34,601 nucleotides of DNA from Macrostomum lignano (lineage: Eukaryota), in contig NIVC01004809.1 of assembly GCA_002269645.1 (NCBI GenBank), positions 1 through 34,601 on the forward strand, given 5' to 3'. A program made the position numbers and the translations under genes. The notes beneath the pieces were generated by a model. The model searched no databases. It was not told the DNA's origin and worked only from the letters and a program-made list of their open reading frames with translations. This document shows, piece by piece, positions 25,086 to 34,601 of the stretch. The number at the start of each line of letters is the position of its first letter. The stretch's first letter is position 1.

Positions 25086-25266
25086 GACTCCCCTGAGCAG
25101 GCACACAAGCGCACAGATACGTACGCAGGCACACACTCACACAGGAGTGTACAGCGGCCCTAACTTTATTTATCGTTAGGCATGTACACTTCACTGTGCC
25201 TTGGGGGTTGGCCCTCAAGGCCGTTAATTGCATGAGCAGAGCCAAGCCGAGATTCCAATTTAGCCC
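25086..25266 (+). repeat. Unclassified dispersed repeat family B
   Basis: Aligns by eye with 8487-8640 with few mismatches. Confidence 0.88.
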
Positions 25267-25324
25267 CAAATTTAGCCTAACCATTATGGCAGCTGGACAA
25301 CTGGGCTACGGACCCCCAATTATT

Positions 25325-25605
25325 ATAATTTATCACACCTGCCATAATGGCCAGATTCGCAACCGACAGCTCAGCCACAGCTATTGCGCGGCGCATCTGA
25401 AGGCTGCGTACGGCTGTTCAGTCCAAGGTCGCCACACACCCTCAATTACCCCAGCTAATGCTGGCACCCATTTTACAGCTGGGTGAACTGAAGCAATGTA
25501 GAGTTGAGTGTCTTGCTCAAGGACACAAATTGTTCCTAAGTGGAATCGGGAATCGAACCCCAGACCTTCAAGTCCTGAGCCCGACTCTATAACCCACTAG
25601 GCTAC
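25325..25605 (-). mobile_element. tRNA-derived CORE-like SINE downstream of the NCKAP1 stop
   Basis: Minus strand GTAGCCTAGTGG (A-box) and GGTTCGATTCC (B-box), then the CORE-like segment. Confidence 0.87.
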
Positions 25606-25768
25606 AACCTCATTTTACCATTAACAATAGCTAATACATTCAACAAAAAGAAAAAACAGGTCTTCAAATACGAGATTAAAATTGTTAAACAATCAATCAA
25701 AAGGATAGATTTTACTCAAGATTAATACGCTCGTAATCCCAATGAATCGCTGATTCAACAGCAGATCC

Positions 25769-26203
25769 CTAAGACTGATGATGCGACGCCACTGGCCGTC
25801 TGGCGGAACCAACAGCATTGTAGGCCTGGCGAATCAGTGCATAGGGGAAGCACATCTCCAGCAGACTGGCAGTCAGGTAGGGGCACTGCTTCACTATCAG
25901 GTCCAAGATGATGAACACTGAGGGCAGATTCCTGCCAGTGAGCTCGTCCTGGCTAGCCCTGAGCAGTGAGCTGCTGCACAGAGCTAGAAATTCTTTCCAA
26001 CGATCGCCCAATTCAACGCTCAGCTGCTGCGGAGTGCACAGAGTTAGCAGGGCTGGCAGGACTGAGTTCAAGGCTCCCGCAATGGTGTGGGTATTGTTGT
26101 AGTGCGCCTCAACATCGTGGCCATAGACTGTGTTGTCAAGGGCGGCCAGGCGGGGCAGAGACACGGACAGGAAGACCAGCATGTGGCACACCAGCATGTA
26201 CTC
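25769..26203 (-). CDS. NCKAP1: Nck-associated protein 1 (Hem-2/NAP1), last exon
   Basis: EFLALCSSSLL and CFPYALIRQAYNAV match NCKAP1 KEFLALASSSLL and CFPYVLLRNAYHAV. Acceptor cgcag|GAG at 26203, stop TAG at 25769. Confidence 0.95.
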   Translation of the reverse strand, partial: EYMLVCHMLVFLSVSLPRLAALDNTVYGHDVEAHYNNTHTIAGALNSVLPALLTLCTPQQLSVELGDRWKEFLALCSSSLLRASQDELTGRNLPSVFIILDLIVKQCPYLTASLLEMCFPYALIRQAYNAVGSARRPVASHHQS

Positions 26204-26394
26204 CTGCGGTGGGGTGGCAAGGGTCATGACCGGTTAGAATGCAGATTCAGAACAAGGTGAGATAGATATAATGGTGAGATAGAAAATAGAATAGCTGAGG
26301 TAGAAGATAGAAAAGGTGAGCATGAAGGTATAATTTGTGAGACTGGAGATATAATACTGGAGTGACAAGATATAATGGCTGAAAAAGGAGATAG

Positions 26395-26792
26395 AATGGA
26401 TGAGATGGTAGATAGAATGGCTGAGATAGGAGATAAAATGGCTGAGATAAGAGATAGAATGGCTAAGATAGGAGATACAATGGCTAAGATAGGAGATTGA
26501 ATCGCTGAGATAGGAGATAGAAAGGCTTAGACAGGAGATAGAATGGATGAGATAGGAGATAAAAGGCTGAGATAGAGATAGAATGGCTGAGATAGGAGAT
26601 AGAATGGCTGAGATAGGAGGTAGAAAGGCTGAGATAGGAGATAGAAAGGCTGAGATAGGATATAGAAAGGCTGAGATAGGAGGTAGAAAGGCTGAGATAG
26701 GAGATAGAAAGGCTGAGATAAGAGATGGAAAGGCTGAGATAGGAGATAGAAAGGCTGAGATAGGAGGTAGAAAGGCTGAGATAGGAGATAGA
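26395..26792. repeat. 21-bp minisatellite (GGCTGAGATAGGAGATAGAAA) in last NCKAP1 intron
   Basis: Read directly; begins about 6 nt after the donor. Confidence 0.95.
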
Positions 26793-26798
26793 ATTCAC

Positions 26799-27113
26799 CT
26801 GCTCAGGTTTCCCTTTAAGCCGTTCCAGCGCCTGCAGCAGGCCCAGATCCACTGAGCTGTCCAGTCCCATTCCGCTGCGGAACAGTGCGGTGACTTCGCC
26901 CCGATCTCCGAGCAGATCTTCAGCAGTTTTGATGAGGAACGGAGACCGTTTCTGCATGACGGAGTTCAGGCCCTCCTGGCACAGGCGGCGGAAGCTCAGG
27001 TAGACGCCGGCGTTTTTAAAACGGCACAGAAATTCGACCGGTTGCTGCAGGCGACCGGATAGTTCGGACATCCGCGTTGGATCTTCGAAGCTGACACGGA
27101 GGGCTTGGAGAAC
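26799..27113 (-). CDS. NCKAP1: NCKAP1 internal exon
   Basis: VLQALRVSFEDP...GVYLSFRRLCQEGL resembles GVILSFRSLAQEAL. Acceptor ccaag|GTT at 27113, donor CAG|gtgaat at 26799; 315 nt. Confidence 0.92.
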
Positions 27114-27244
27114 CTTGGGGAAGGAATCGAGGATGTCAGGGGAGGCTTATTAAGAATCTTAGATTGCAGTAGCTTTGGATGGCACAGTGCAGTGATAGGC
27201 CAGCGGTAAAAGAAGCGATTAATCTGTTTTTTAATGTGCTTAGA

Positions 27245-27640
27245 TTAATGATTGATGGATTGGTTTGTTGATTGATTGATTGGCTGATTGATTGATTGAT
27301 TGGTTTGTTGATTGATTTACTGATGTATTGATTGGTTGATTGATTGATTGGCTTATTGATTGATTAGCTGATTGATTGACTTATTGATTAGTTTCTTGAT
27401 TGATTGGCTGATTGATTGGCTTATTGATTGATTGGCTGATTGATTGGCTTATTGATTGATTGGCTGATTGATTGATTGGCTGATTGATTGGTTTGTTGAT
27501 TGATTGACTGATTGATTGGTTTGTTGATTGATTGGCTGATTGATTGGCTTATTGATTGATTGGCTGATTGATTGGTTTGTTGATTGATTGGCTGATTGAT
27601 TAGCTGATTGATTGATTGATTGGCTGATTGATTGATTGGC

Positions 27641-27684
<44 letters not shown>

Positions 27685-27875
27685 GGATTGTTTGATTGAT
27701 GGATTGGCTAATTGATTGATGGATTGATTCGATCGATTGATCGATTAGTTGATTGATTGGCTGATTGAATGATTAAGTGATTGATTGATGGCTTGATTGA
27801 TTGGTTCATTGATTGGCTGATTGTTCAAATAATTGATTGATTGATAAATTAGTTGATTGATTGATAGATGGATAG
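27245..27875. repeat. (ATTG)n degenerate microsatellite in NCKAP1 intron
   Basis: Read directly. Confidence 0.95.
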
Positions 27876-28004
27876 ATTAATATACTGGTTGAGAGATCGA
27901 TATACGACATGGCTGATTGGCATACATCATAATTGATGTATAAATCATAGCTAGAAAAAGCAAGTTTAGCAGCAAAAGCACACGGCAATATGAGAACCCC
28001 TCAC

Positions 28005-28693
28005 CTCCATATTGGCCATAACCAACTTCTTAGCTTCTTCAATCTCCGCGGCAACCAATTTGCAGACCTCCTCATCAAGATACTTCATACCGTAGGGACC
28101 GATCAGTTCGGCCAGAGCGCAGATCTCGTTATAATCAGCGTACTCTTCAATAGGGAACGGCTGGTTGGGGTCCATCATGAGGAAACTCTTGAACCTGGGA
28201 CTGTAGATCACCCTAGGCGAGTCGGCAACCACCTTAGGCAGCAGGGCACCGCAGTACCAAGCTATGTAGTTGTGCGTGATGGTCTGGTCACCGCGCCAGC
28301 TGTCTCTGAGCTGGGTCTGCTGCAACAGCACCATGTTGAACACCCGAGGCAGGTCCAATGTCATGAAACAGTCCAGATCTTGGAGCACACCTAGAGACGC
28401 TTTTAAACAGCTCAACAGTTCCGAGGGTTTAGCGATCTCTTCCCGTTCGGCATTGTACATCTGGCTGGCAACGATAGTTTTACAGAACTTCTGTTCCAAT
28501 TCAGCAGTCAGAACCTCTCTGGGCACGATGGATCGGTATTGAAAATTGACAGTTCGGCAGTTGTGCAGGGAGCAGCACAGCTCGCTCAGTGCCATGCGGT
28601 ATTTGTCAATAGAGGTCATGTTCTCTCGGCGCTTTCGCTGCGACTCCGTGCCGGGAACTTCGGCGGCCGCGGCTGACGCCAACGCCGCTGCGG
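28005..28693 (-). CDS. NCKAP1: NCKAP1 internal exon
   Basis: PGTESQRKRRE, EIAKPSELL and ALAELIGPYGMKYL are NCKAP1 motifs. Phase-1 acceptor cgcag|CC at 28693, donor GAG|gtgagg at 28005. Confidence 0.95.
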
Positions 28694-29087
28694 CTGCGTG
28701 TGGCGAAACGATCGTTTTGTTTTAACAAATAAGGGATATGTTGCCATGCAGATGAGTTCCAATTCTATTGCTGCAATACCCATGGCATTGAAATGCTAGT
28801 AGAGATCGTTGCTAAGCTAGTAGAAGCCGTTGTTATGGCGTAAAAAACCGTTGCTATGCTAGTAGAACATGTTGCTATGGTGTAAAATCCGGTGCTATGG
28901 TAGTAGAACCCGTTTCTATGCTAGTAGAGCCCGTTACTATGCTAGTAGAGCCCGCTGCTATGCTATTAGAACCCGTTGCTATGCTATTAGAACCCGTTGC
29001 TAAGCTATTAGAACCCGTTACTATGCTATTAGAACCCGTTGCTATACTATTAGAACCAGTTGCTATGCTATTAGAACCCGTTGCTAT

Positions 29088-30077
29088 TGTAGAGATCTCC
29101 AGAGGCATTACAAGCAGACTACTGTAAGTAGTAACATAAAAATGCGAAAAACTTGAATGTTGTAAAAACTGCAAATTGTCACACTCTATTTTTAAAGACA
29201 CGAAAGCAACAAATGACCATCTTTTGCAACACTTAAATTTAGAACTCCGAATATGGTATTGACGCTCAAACCTAATGTATTCCATAGGGGCCAAATTTCC
29301 AAAGCGCTAAACTGTCACCTACTAAAAATAAGCTGTTTCTCAATAATTTTTCCTATAAATACAAGCCAAAATCCGAGCTAAAAATCTCAGACTCGGAGCA
29401 GCCTCAAAAGATCTTGGGACTCGGAGCAGCCTCTAAAGATCTTGGAGCTGCTGGAACAGCTAAGCGAGGCTACATCTCTGAGAGAGAAGTAAACCAATTG
29501 GTGAACCGTTGCTCGAGCCTTTGTTATTGATTTTGAGAGCGATTTATTGCCGGCCGCTACTGTCCAGTCGTTTGGACTGAGATCATTGAATTTGAGGCCT
29601 CCCATTTTCCTAAGGGATTGGATAGGATCTGCGGACCGATTCCGATACCCTTAGAGGATTATCGATTGATTGATTTTGGTTATCCTAGATTAACCGATAG
29701 GAGCACACGACTCCGATTCCGTTAGATCTAGAAGAAGACGCCCCTCTTGGAGGTCCTCGTGATTATTACAGAAGTTGATTTTATTACAAAGGCGCATCGT
29801 TGATATTGATTACTGAGCTTAAGGCCTATATTGATTTGCATTCGAGAAATACTGCGACGTCGCCTGATTTGATCGTCACGCTCTCATTCGGCCGATTCGA
29901 GACTTCAAGAAGATTCCTCCGGAGAAGAAGAAGATTAGAAGAAACGAGCTCGGAGAACCTGCACTACACAGAAGAGGAGCCCGCAACAGTAAGTGATCAC
30001 TTTATTTTGTTCCCAGGCTTAAGTGTCTGGAAGTGGGAGTTTTCGGGAGACTGATCACCTCCCGAATCAACTCTTCA
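29088..30077 (+). mobile_element. Solo LTR, 990 bp, probably from a Gypsy-type LTR retrotransposon
   Basis: Starts TGTAGAG, ends CTCTTCA (inverted TG(T/A)AGAG); 4-bp duplication CTAT at 29084-29087 and 30078-30081; TATAAATA at 29354; no coding domain. Family and strand are inferred. Confidence 0.8.
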
Positions 30078-30172
30078 CTATGCTATTAGAACCCGTTGCT
30101 ATGCTATTAGAACCCGTTGCTATGCTATTAGAACCCGTTGCTATGCTATTAGAACCCGTTGCTTGCTATTAG

Positions 30173-30364
30173 CAGTGGCGTAGCCAGGTGGGGTTGGGCG
30201 CGGCGGATACCAAAAACCAGGAGGCAATTGAGTGCCTGCGGCGCCGAAATAAGTGCCTGCGGCGCCAAAATGAGCACCTACGGCGCCAAGTGGCAATGGC
30301 ATGAGGCATGGCCAGCCAAAGCAACCCGTCCCTCCCCCAATTGAAATTCCTGGCTACGCCACTG
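30173..30364. mobile_element. 192-bp non-autonomous hAT-type MITE
   Basis: Perfect 16-bp TIR CAGTGGCGTAGCCAGG / CCTGGCTACGCCACTG; 8-bp TSD GCTATTAG at 30165-30172 and 30365-30372; three internal 21-bp GTGCCTGCGGCGCC-type repeats. Confidence 0.93.
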
Positions 30365-30588
30365 GCTATTAGAACCCGTTGCTATGCTATTAGAACCCGT
30401 TGCTATGCTATTAGAACCCGTTGCTATGCTATTAGAACCCGTTGCTATGCTATTAGAACCCGTTGCTATGCTATTAGAACCCGTTGCTATGCTATTAGAA
30501 CCCGTTGCTATGCTATGTTAATAGCATACAGAATAGCATTGAAAATTAAAATTCACCCCAAGCGGGCTAATTAAAAGTACACGCTCAC

Positions 30589-31117
30589 CTTGACTTTTCT
30601 TGCCGGCATTAGGCGCAGGCAGCGGCATCATTTTAATGGCGGCCATTTTCGGCAGCAGCCGATAGCTCAGCTGAGTCTGCTCCTCAAACACGCATATTAC
30701 TAATTGAATAATCTCGTGACAGATATTGCGAACAAAGGAGAGAGCCCGTTCGAAAGCTCGCTCGGCAACTAGGGCGGTCTCCTCCGGGCAGAGCGGGTGG
30801 GTCAGCGTGGTGTAGTGAGTGCAGATCTGGGGGAACACGGTGATGTACCTGTGCTGAGCCGGGAATTCGATGTTCAAATTGAACATTTGAATTAGGAAAT
30901 CGTCGTAGAAGAAGAACAGATGCAGCGACGAAGTCTCGGCCAGGACGCCGTCCAGATCGTCGATGAGGCGAGTGTGAAAAGCGGCGCTGTTCATATGCTT
31001 GGCGAACGGGTCGCACTCGCGGATGCTGGGCACCCCGCTGCTGGAACTGAGCTTGGCCTGAAGGCGGAGCCAATCGATGCGGACGTCCGACAGTTGGATT
31101 GGCTCTTTGTCTTCGAC
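30589..31117 (-). CDS. NCKAP1: NCKAP1 internal exon
   Basis: VEDKEPIQLSDVRIDWLRLQA, EFPAQHRY, HPLCPEE, EQTQLSYRLLPKMAA. Acceptor gccag|GTC at 31117, phase-1 donor CAAG|gtgagc at 30589. Confidence 0.95.
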
Positions 31118-31214
31118 CTGGCGATGAAGGGGGGACAGATGGAGAAGGAAGTGAATGTTTTTGAGCATTCAATCCAAGGTTCAATTGTTATGCAGCTAGG
31201 ACTGGCTGCTATAT

Positions 31215-31930
31215 GGGGTGAGGATCTGCTGCTATGGAGTAAGGACCTGTTGCTATGGGGTAAGGATTTGTTGCTATGGGGTAAGGATTTGTTGCTATAG
31301 GGTAAGGATTTGTTGCTATGGAGTGAGGACCTGTTGCTATGGAGTAAGGACCTGTTGCTATGGGATAAGGACATGTTGCTATGGAGCAACAATCTGTTGC
31401 TATGGGGTAAGGATTTGTTGCTATGGAGTGAGGACCTGTTGCTATGGAGTAAGGACCTGTTGCTATGGAGTAAGGTCATGTTGCTATGGGGTAAGGACCT
31501 GTTGCTATGGTGTAAGGATTTGTTGCTATGGCGTAAGGATCTGTTGCTATGGTGTAAGGACCTTTTGCTATGGAGTAAGGTCATGTTGCTATGGAGTGAG
31601 GACCTGTTGCTATGGCGTAAGGTCATGTTGCTATGGAGTAAGGACCTGTTGCTATGGAGTAAGGTCATGTTGCTATGGAGTAAGGACCTGTTGCTATAGA
31701 GTAAGGTCATGTTGCTATGGAGTAAGGTCATGTTGCTATGGTGTAAGGATATGTTGCTATGGGGTAAGGATTTATTGATATTCGGTGAGGATCAGTTGCT
31801 ATGGCGTAAGAATATGTTGCCATGGTAGAAGTAACTGTTGCTATGGCGTAAAGACCGGTTGCTATAGCGTAAGGACCAGTTGCTAAGGTGTAAGGATCTG
31901 TTTCTATGGCATGAGGACCTGTTGCCATGA
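31215..31930. repeat. 21-bp minisatellite (GTTGCTATGGAGTAAGGACCT) in NCKAP1 intron
   Basis: Read directly. Confidence 0.95.
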
Positions 31931-32042
31931 TGCTAACTGCTGTTTGCATCATAATGCTCTTTAGAGACAAGGAACTGTTGTATGAGGACATGCTGTACAC
32001 CATACAGGCTAACTATTAGATACACAACTATTAGAATTTTAC

Positions 32043-32198
32043 CTGTTTCACGGTGAGACTACTCAATTTCTGCAGCACATCCGACAGCATTGATGCGTCC
32101 TCCTCCATCAGGGTGCTCCCCAAGGCGCCTTTCAGTTCGCGTTCGAGCAGCACGCTGTCCCAGTTGATCAGAGTTTGCACGTTGAATCGTTGAATCAC
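32043..32198 (-). CDS. NCKAP1: NCKAP1 internal exon (not in ORF track in the coding frame)
   Basis: Hand translation VIQRFNVQTLINWDSVLL...LSSLTVKQ resembles VMQRYYVQYLSGFDAVVL...TSLSVKQ; 156 nt, phase 0 at both ends. Confidence 0.92.
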
Positions 32199-32204
32199 CT
32201 TTGG

Positions 32205-32805
32205 AGAAACAGACGAATCTCATTATAACAAAACAGACGAATCTCACTATAACAAAACACACGAATCTCATTATAACAAAACAGACGAATCTCATTATAA
32301 CAAAACAGACGAATCTCATTATAACAAAACAGACGAATCTCACTATAACAAAACAGACGAATCTCATTATAACAAAACAGACGAATCTCATTATAACAAA
32401 ACTGACGAATCTCATTATAACAAAACAGACAAATCTCATTATAACAAAACAGACGAATCTCACTATAACAAAACAGACGAATCTCATTATAACAAAACAG
32501 ACGAATCTCATTGTAACAAAACAGACGAATCTCATTATAACAAAACAGACGAATCTCATTATAACAAAACAGACGAATCTCACTATAACAAAACAGACGA
32601 ATCTCATTACAACAAAACAGACGAATCTCACTATAACAAAACAGACGAATCTCATTATAACAAAACAGACGAATCTCATTATAACAAAACTGACGAATCT
32701 CATTATAACAAAACAGACGAATCTCATAATAACAAAACAGACAAATCCCATTATAACAAAACAGACGAATCTCACTATAACAAAAGACAAATCTCATCAT
32801 AACAA
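32205..32805. repeat. 24-bp minisatellite (CATTATAACAAAACAGACGAATCT) filling an NCKAP1 intron
   Basis: Read directly; the last unit merges into the acceptor tract. Confidence 0.96.
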
Positions 32806-32827
32806 AACAGAGAAGTCCCAGCCTCAC

Positions 32828-33232
32828 CTGGTGATACTTCCTAACCAGCTGCCTCAGCTCCTCCATGTGATAGATGAACTCAGGCAGGAACCTGTCCTGC
32901 GTGCTGTCACCAGCATTCTGTCCGGCCTTCTGACGCAACTTGCCCGCTCCCGACGGGTGAACACCGTGACGAAGAAACCAGAGAACCTCGTCGCGACAAT
33001 AGGACAGCGTCATCAACAGGTAGAGCACCTTGGGACCCAGCAGGCCAGGCTGGTCAGAGAATATCAGGCAGAGCTCTTTGAGTATGTTTCGCAAATATTT
33101 CCGGCGCTCCCTGTGCACCTCGGGTCCCTGCTGGCAGACCTGCGTGTGCCACTCCTTCACTTCGTTCACTCGGCGACTGTAGTTGCGAATTGTGTCAAAG
33201 AAGCTGATGATGAAGCTGTGAGTCTGGATCAC
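32828..33232 (-). CDS. NCKAP1: NCKAP1 internal exon
   Basis: HRERRKYLRNILKEL..FSDQPGLLGPK and FIYHMEELRQLVRKYHQ. Acceptor ttccag|GTG at 33232, donor CAG|gtgagg at 32828. Confidence 0.96.
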
Positions 33233-33339
33233 CTGGAATTTGATGCGGGATTTTAAAAAAGCTAGATTTGAAGGAGCATTTTTATTTGCTATAATGGGGA
33301 TTGGGAATCTTACGTATTACATGTACTTATTGAGGTGGG

Positions 33340-33965
33340 ATTAGGGGTATTAGGATGGGGATTTGGGGTATTATGATTGGGATTTGGGGTAGTATGATTG
33401 AGATTTGGGGTAGTATGATTGAGATTTGGGGTATTATGATTGGGATTTGGGGTATTATGATTGGGATTTAGGGTATTGTGATTGGGATTTAGGGTATTAT
33501 GATTGGGATTTGGGGTATTGTGATTGGGATTTGGGGTAATTATGATTGGGATTTAGGGTATTGTGATTGGGATTTAGGGTATTGTGATTGGGATTTAGGG
33601 TATTATAATTGGGATTTAGGGTTTAAAATTGGGATTTAGGGTATTGTGATTGGGATTTAGGATATTATGATTGGGATTTGGGGTATTATGATTGGGATTT
33701 AGGGTATTGTGATTGGGATTTCGGGTATATGATTGGGATTTGGGGTATTTATTGGGATTTAGGGTATTTTGATTGGGATTTGGGGTATTGTGATTGAGAA
33801 TCGGGGTATTATAACGGGATTTGGGGCATTATGATTGGGGATTGGGGTATTTATTGAGATTCGGGGTATTATGACGGGATTTGGGGCATTATGATTGGGG
33901 ATTGGGTATTTATTGAGATGGTATTATGACGGGGATTTGGGCATTATGATTGGGATTTGGGGTAT
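33340..33965. repeat. 21-bp minisatellite (GGGGTATTATGATTGGGATTT) in NCKAP1 intron
   Basis: Read directly; degenerates toward 33965. Confidence 0.94.
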
Positions 33966-34079
33966 TAAATGGGAATGTTGGGTTTTAAGAAAGGGCATTT
34001 TTTGATAGAGAACTCCTTTAAATATTAATTGGAGTAATGACAGTGAAATTCCATCATAATTCTATAATCCAATGCAAAC

Positions 34080-34465
34080 CTGATCTCTATAGAGCGGCAG
34101 GACCAGCTAGAAAGCAGGGCCTGTTTCCACAGATTGAACGGCTCCTCATCATTGAGCTGCGGGTGGATCACAACGAAACCCAGCACTAGCCAGCGCCCAG
34201 CCGCTCCTGACTGACAACCTCCAGAGCCAAGATGTCGGAGGACAGAGCGTTAACCAGCGAGCTGGGCTCTTTCAGCAGCGAAAGAAATTGCACAGCGCGC
34301 CAGTTCTCCGCGCGTAGAAAGCGCCGACTGCAGATGCCGCGAAGCGACATCAGCGCCGGCAGAGCAGGCGCGAGTGAGGAACGAACTCGTCTGCAAGCGG
34401 CGCATCGTGTGGGTTGGCTGGTCATAGTCCAGCATGAGCTGCGCCAGGCGGGGGAACTGCTTCTC
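34080..34465 (-). CDS. NCKAP1: NCKAP1 internal exon with four apparent 1-nt deletions; upstream exons lie beyond the window
   Basis: EKQFPRLAQLMLDYDQP / DEFVPHSRLL / NWRAVQFLSLL / RWLVLGF...LWKQAL / LYRDQ match NCKAP1 across frames; 386 nt + 4 = 390 restores phase 0. Confidence 0.88.
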
Positions 34466-34504
34466 CTGGATGGGTTGGGGTGAGGATAAAAGGGAATTAC
34501 AGGG

Positions 34505-34601
34505 GAGGATTAGTGCAGAGTGACTCTCATGTGAGGTAAGGATTAGTGTAGAGTGAATCTCAGGTGAGGTGAGGATTAGAGTAGAGTGACTCTCAGGTCA
34601 G
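34505..34601. repeat. Partial tandem repeat (GAGGATTAGTGTAGAGTGACTCTCAGGTGAGGT-like, about 33 bp) running off the right edge
   Basis: About three degenerate copies visible. Confidence 0.7.

Larger units (their letters stand above)
28800..30512. repeat. 21-bp minisatellite (GTTGCTATGCTATTAGAACCC), split into three blocks by an LTR and a MITE
   Basis: Blocks at about 28800-29087, 30078-30172 and 30365-30512. Confidence 0.93.

Overview
Eukaryotic (animal) genomic DNA, not prokaryotic. Five conserved multi-exon genes lie head-to-tail on the minus strand, in transcription order: NCKAP1/Hem-2 (3' seven exons; its start is beyond the right edge), PKN (complete, 5 coding exons, about 1054 aa), RRP12 (complete, 5 exons, several small indels), TBC1D19 (complete, 2 exons, about 531 aa) and a class I PI3K p110 catalytic subunit (ABD and RBD exons; continues off the left edge). 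Exon boundaries were derived by hand from GT-AG sites, phase matching and remembered protein homology. Nearly every intron holds its own tandem repeat, and six arrays have a 21-bp unit. The window also has four tRNA-headed CORE-like SINE copies, a second unclassified dispersed repeat, a 990-bp solo LTR (TG..CA, 4-bp TSD) and a 192-bp hAT-type MITE (16-bp TIR, 8-bp TSD), the last two inserted in the same minisatellite. The style (GC-rich exons, minisatellite-filled introns) suggests the flatworm Macrostomum, which is inference only. Best leads: a possible SL-trans-spliced five-gene operon enriched in small-GTPase signalling genes, the intron-private 21-bp arrays, a hidden frame-preserving 114-nt exon in PKN intron 2, and an in-frame (SQIL)n array in RRP12. 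No database search was run.
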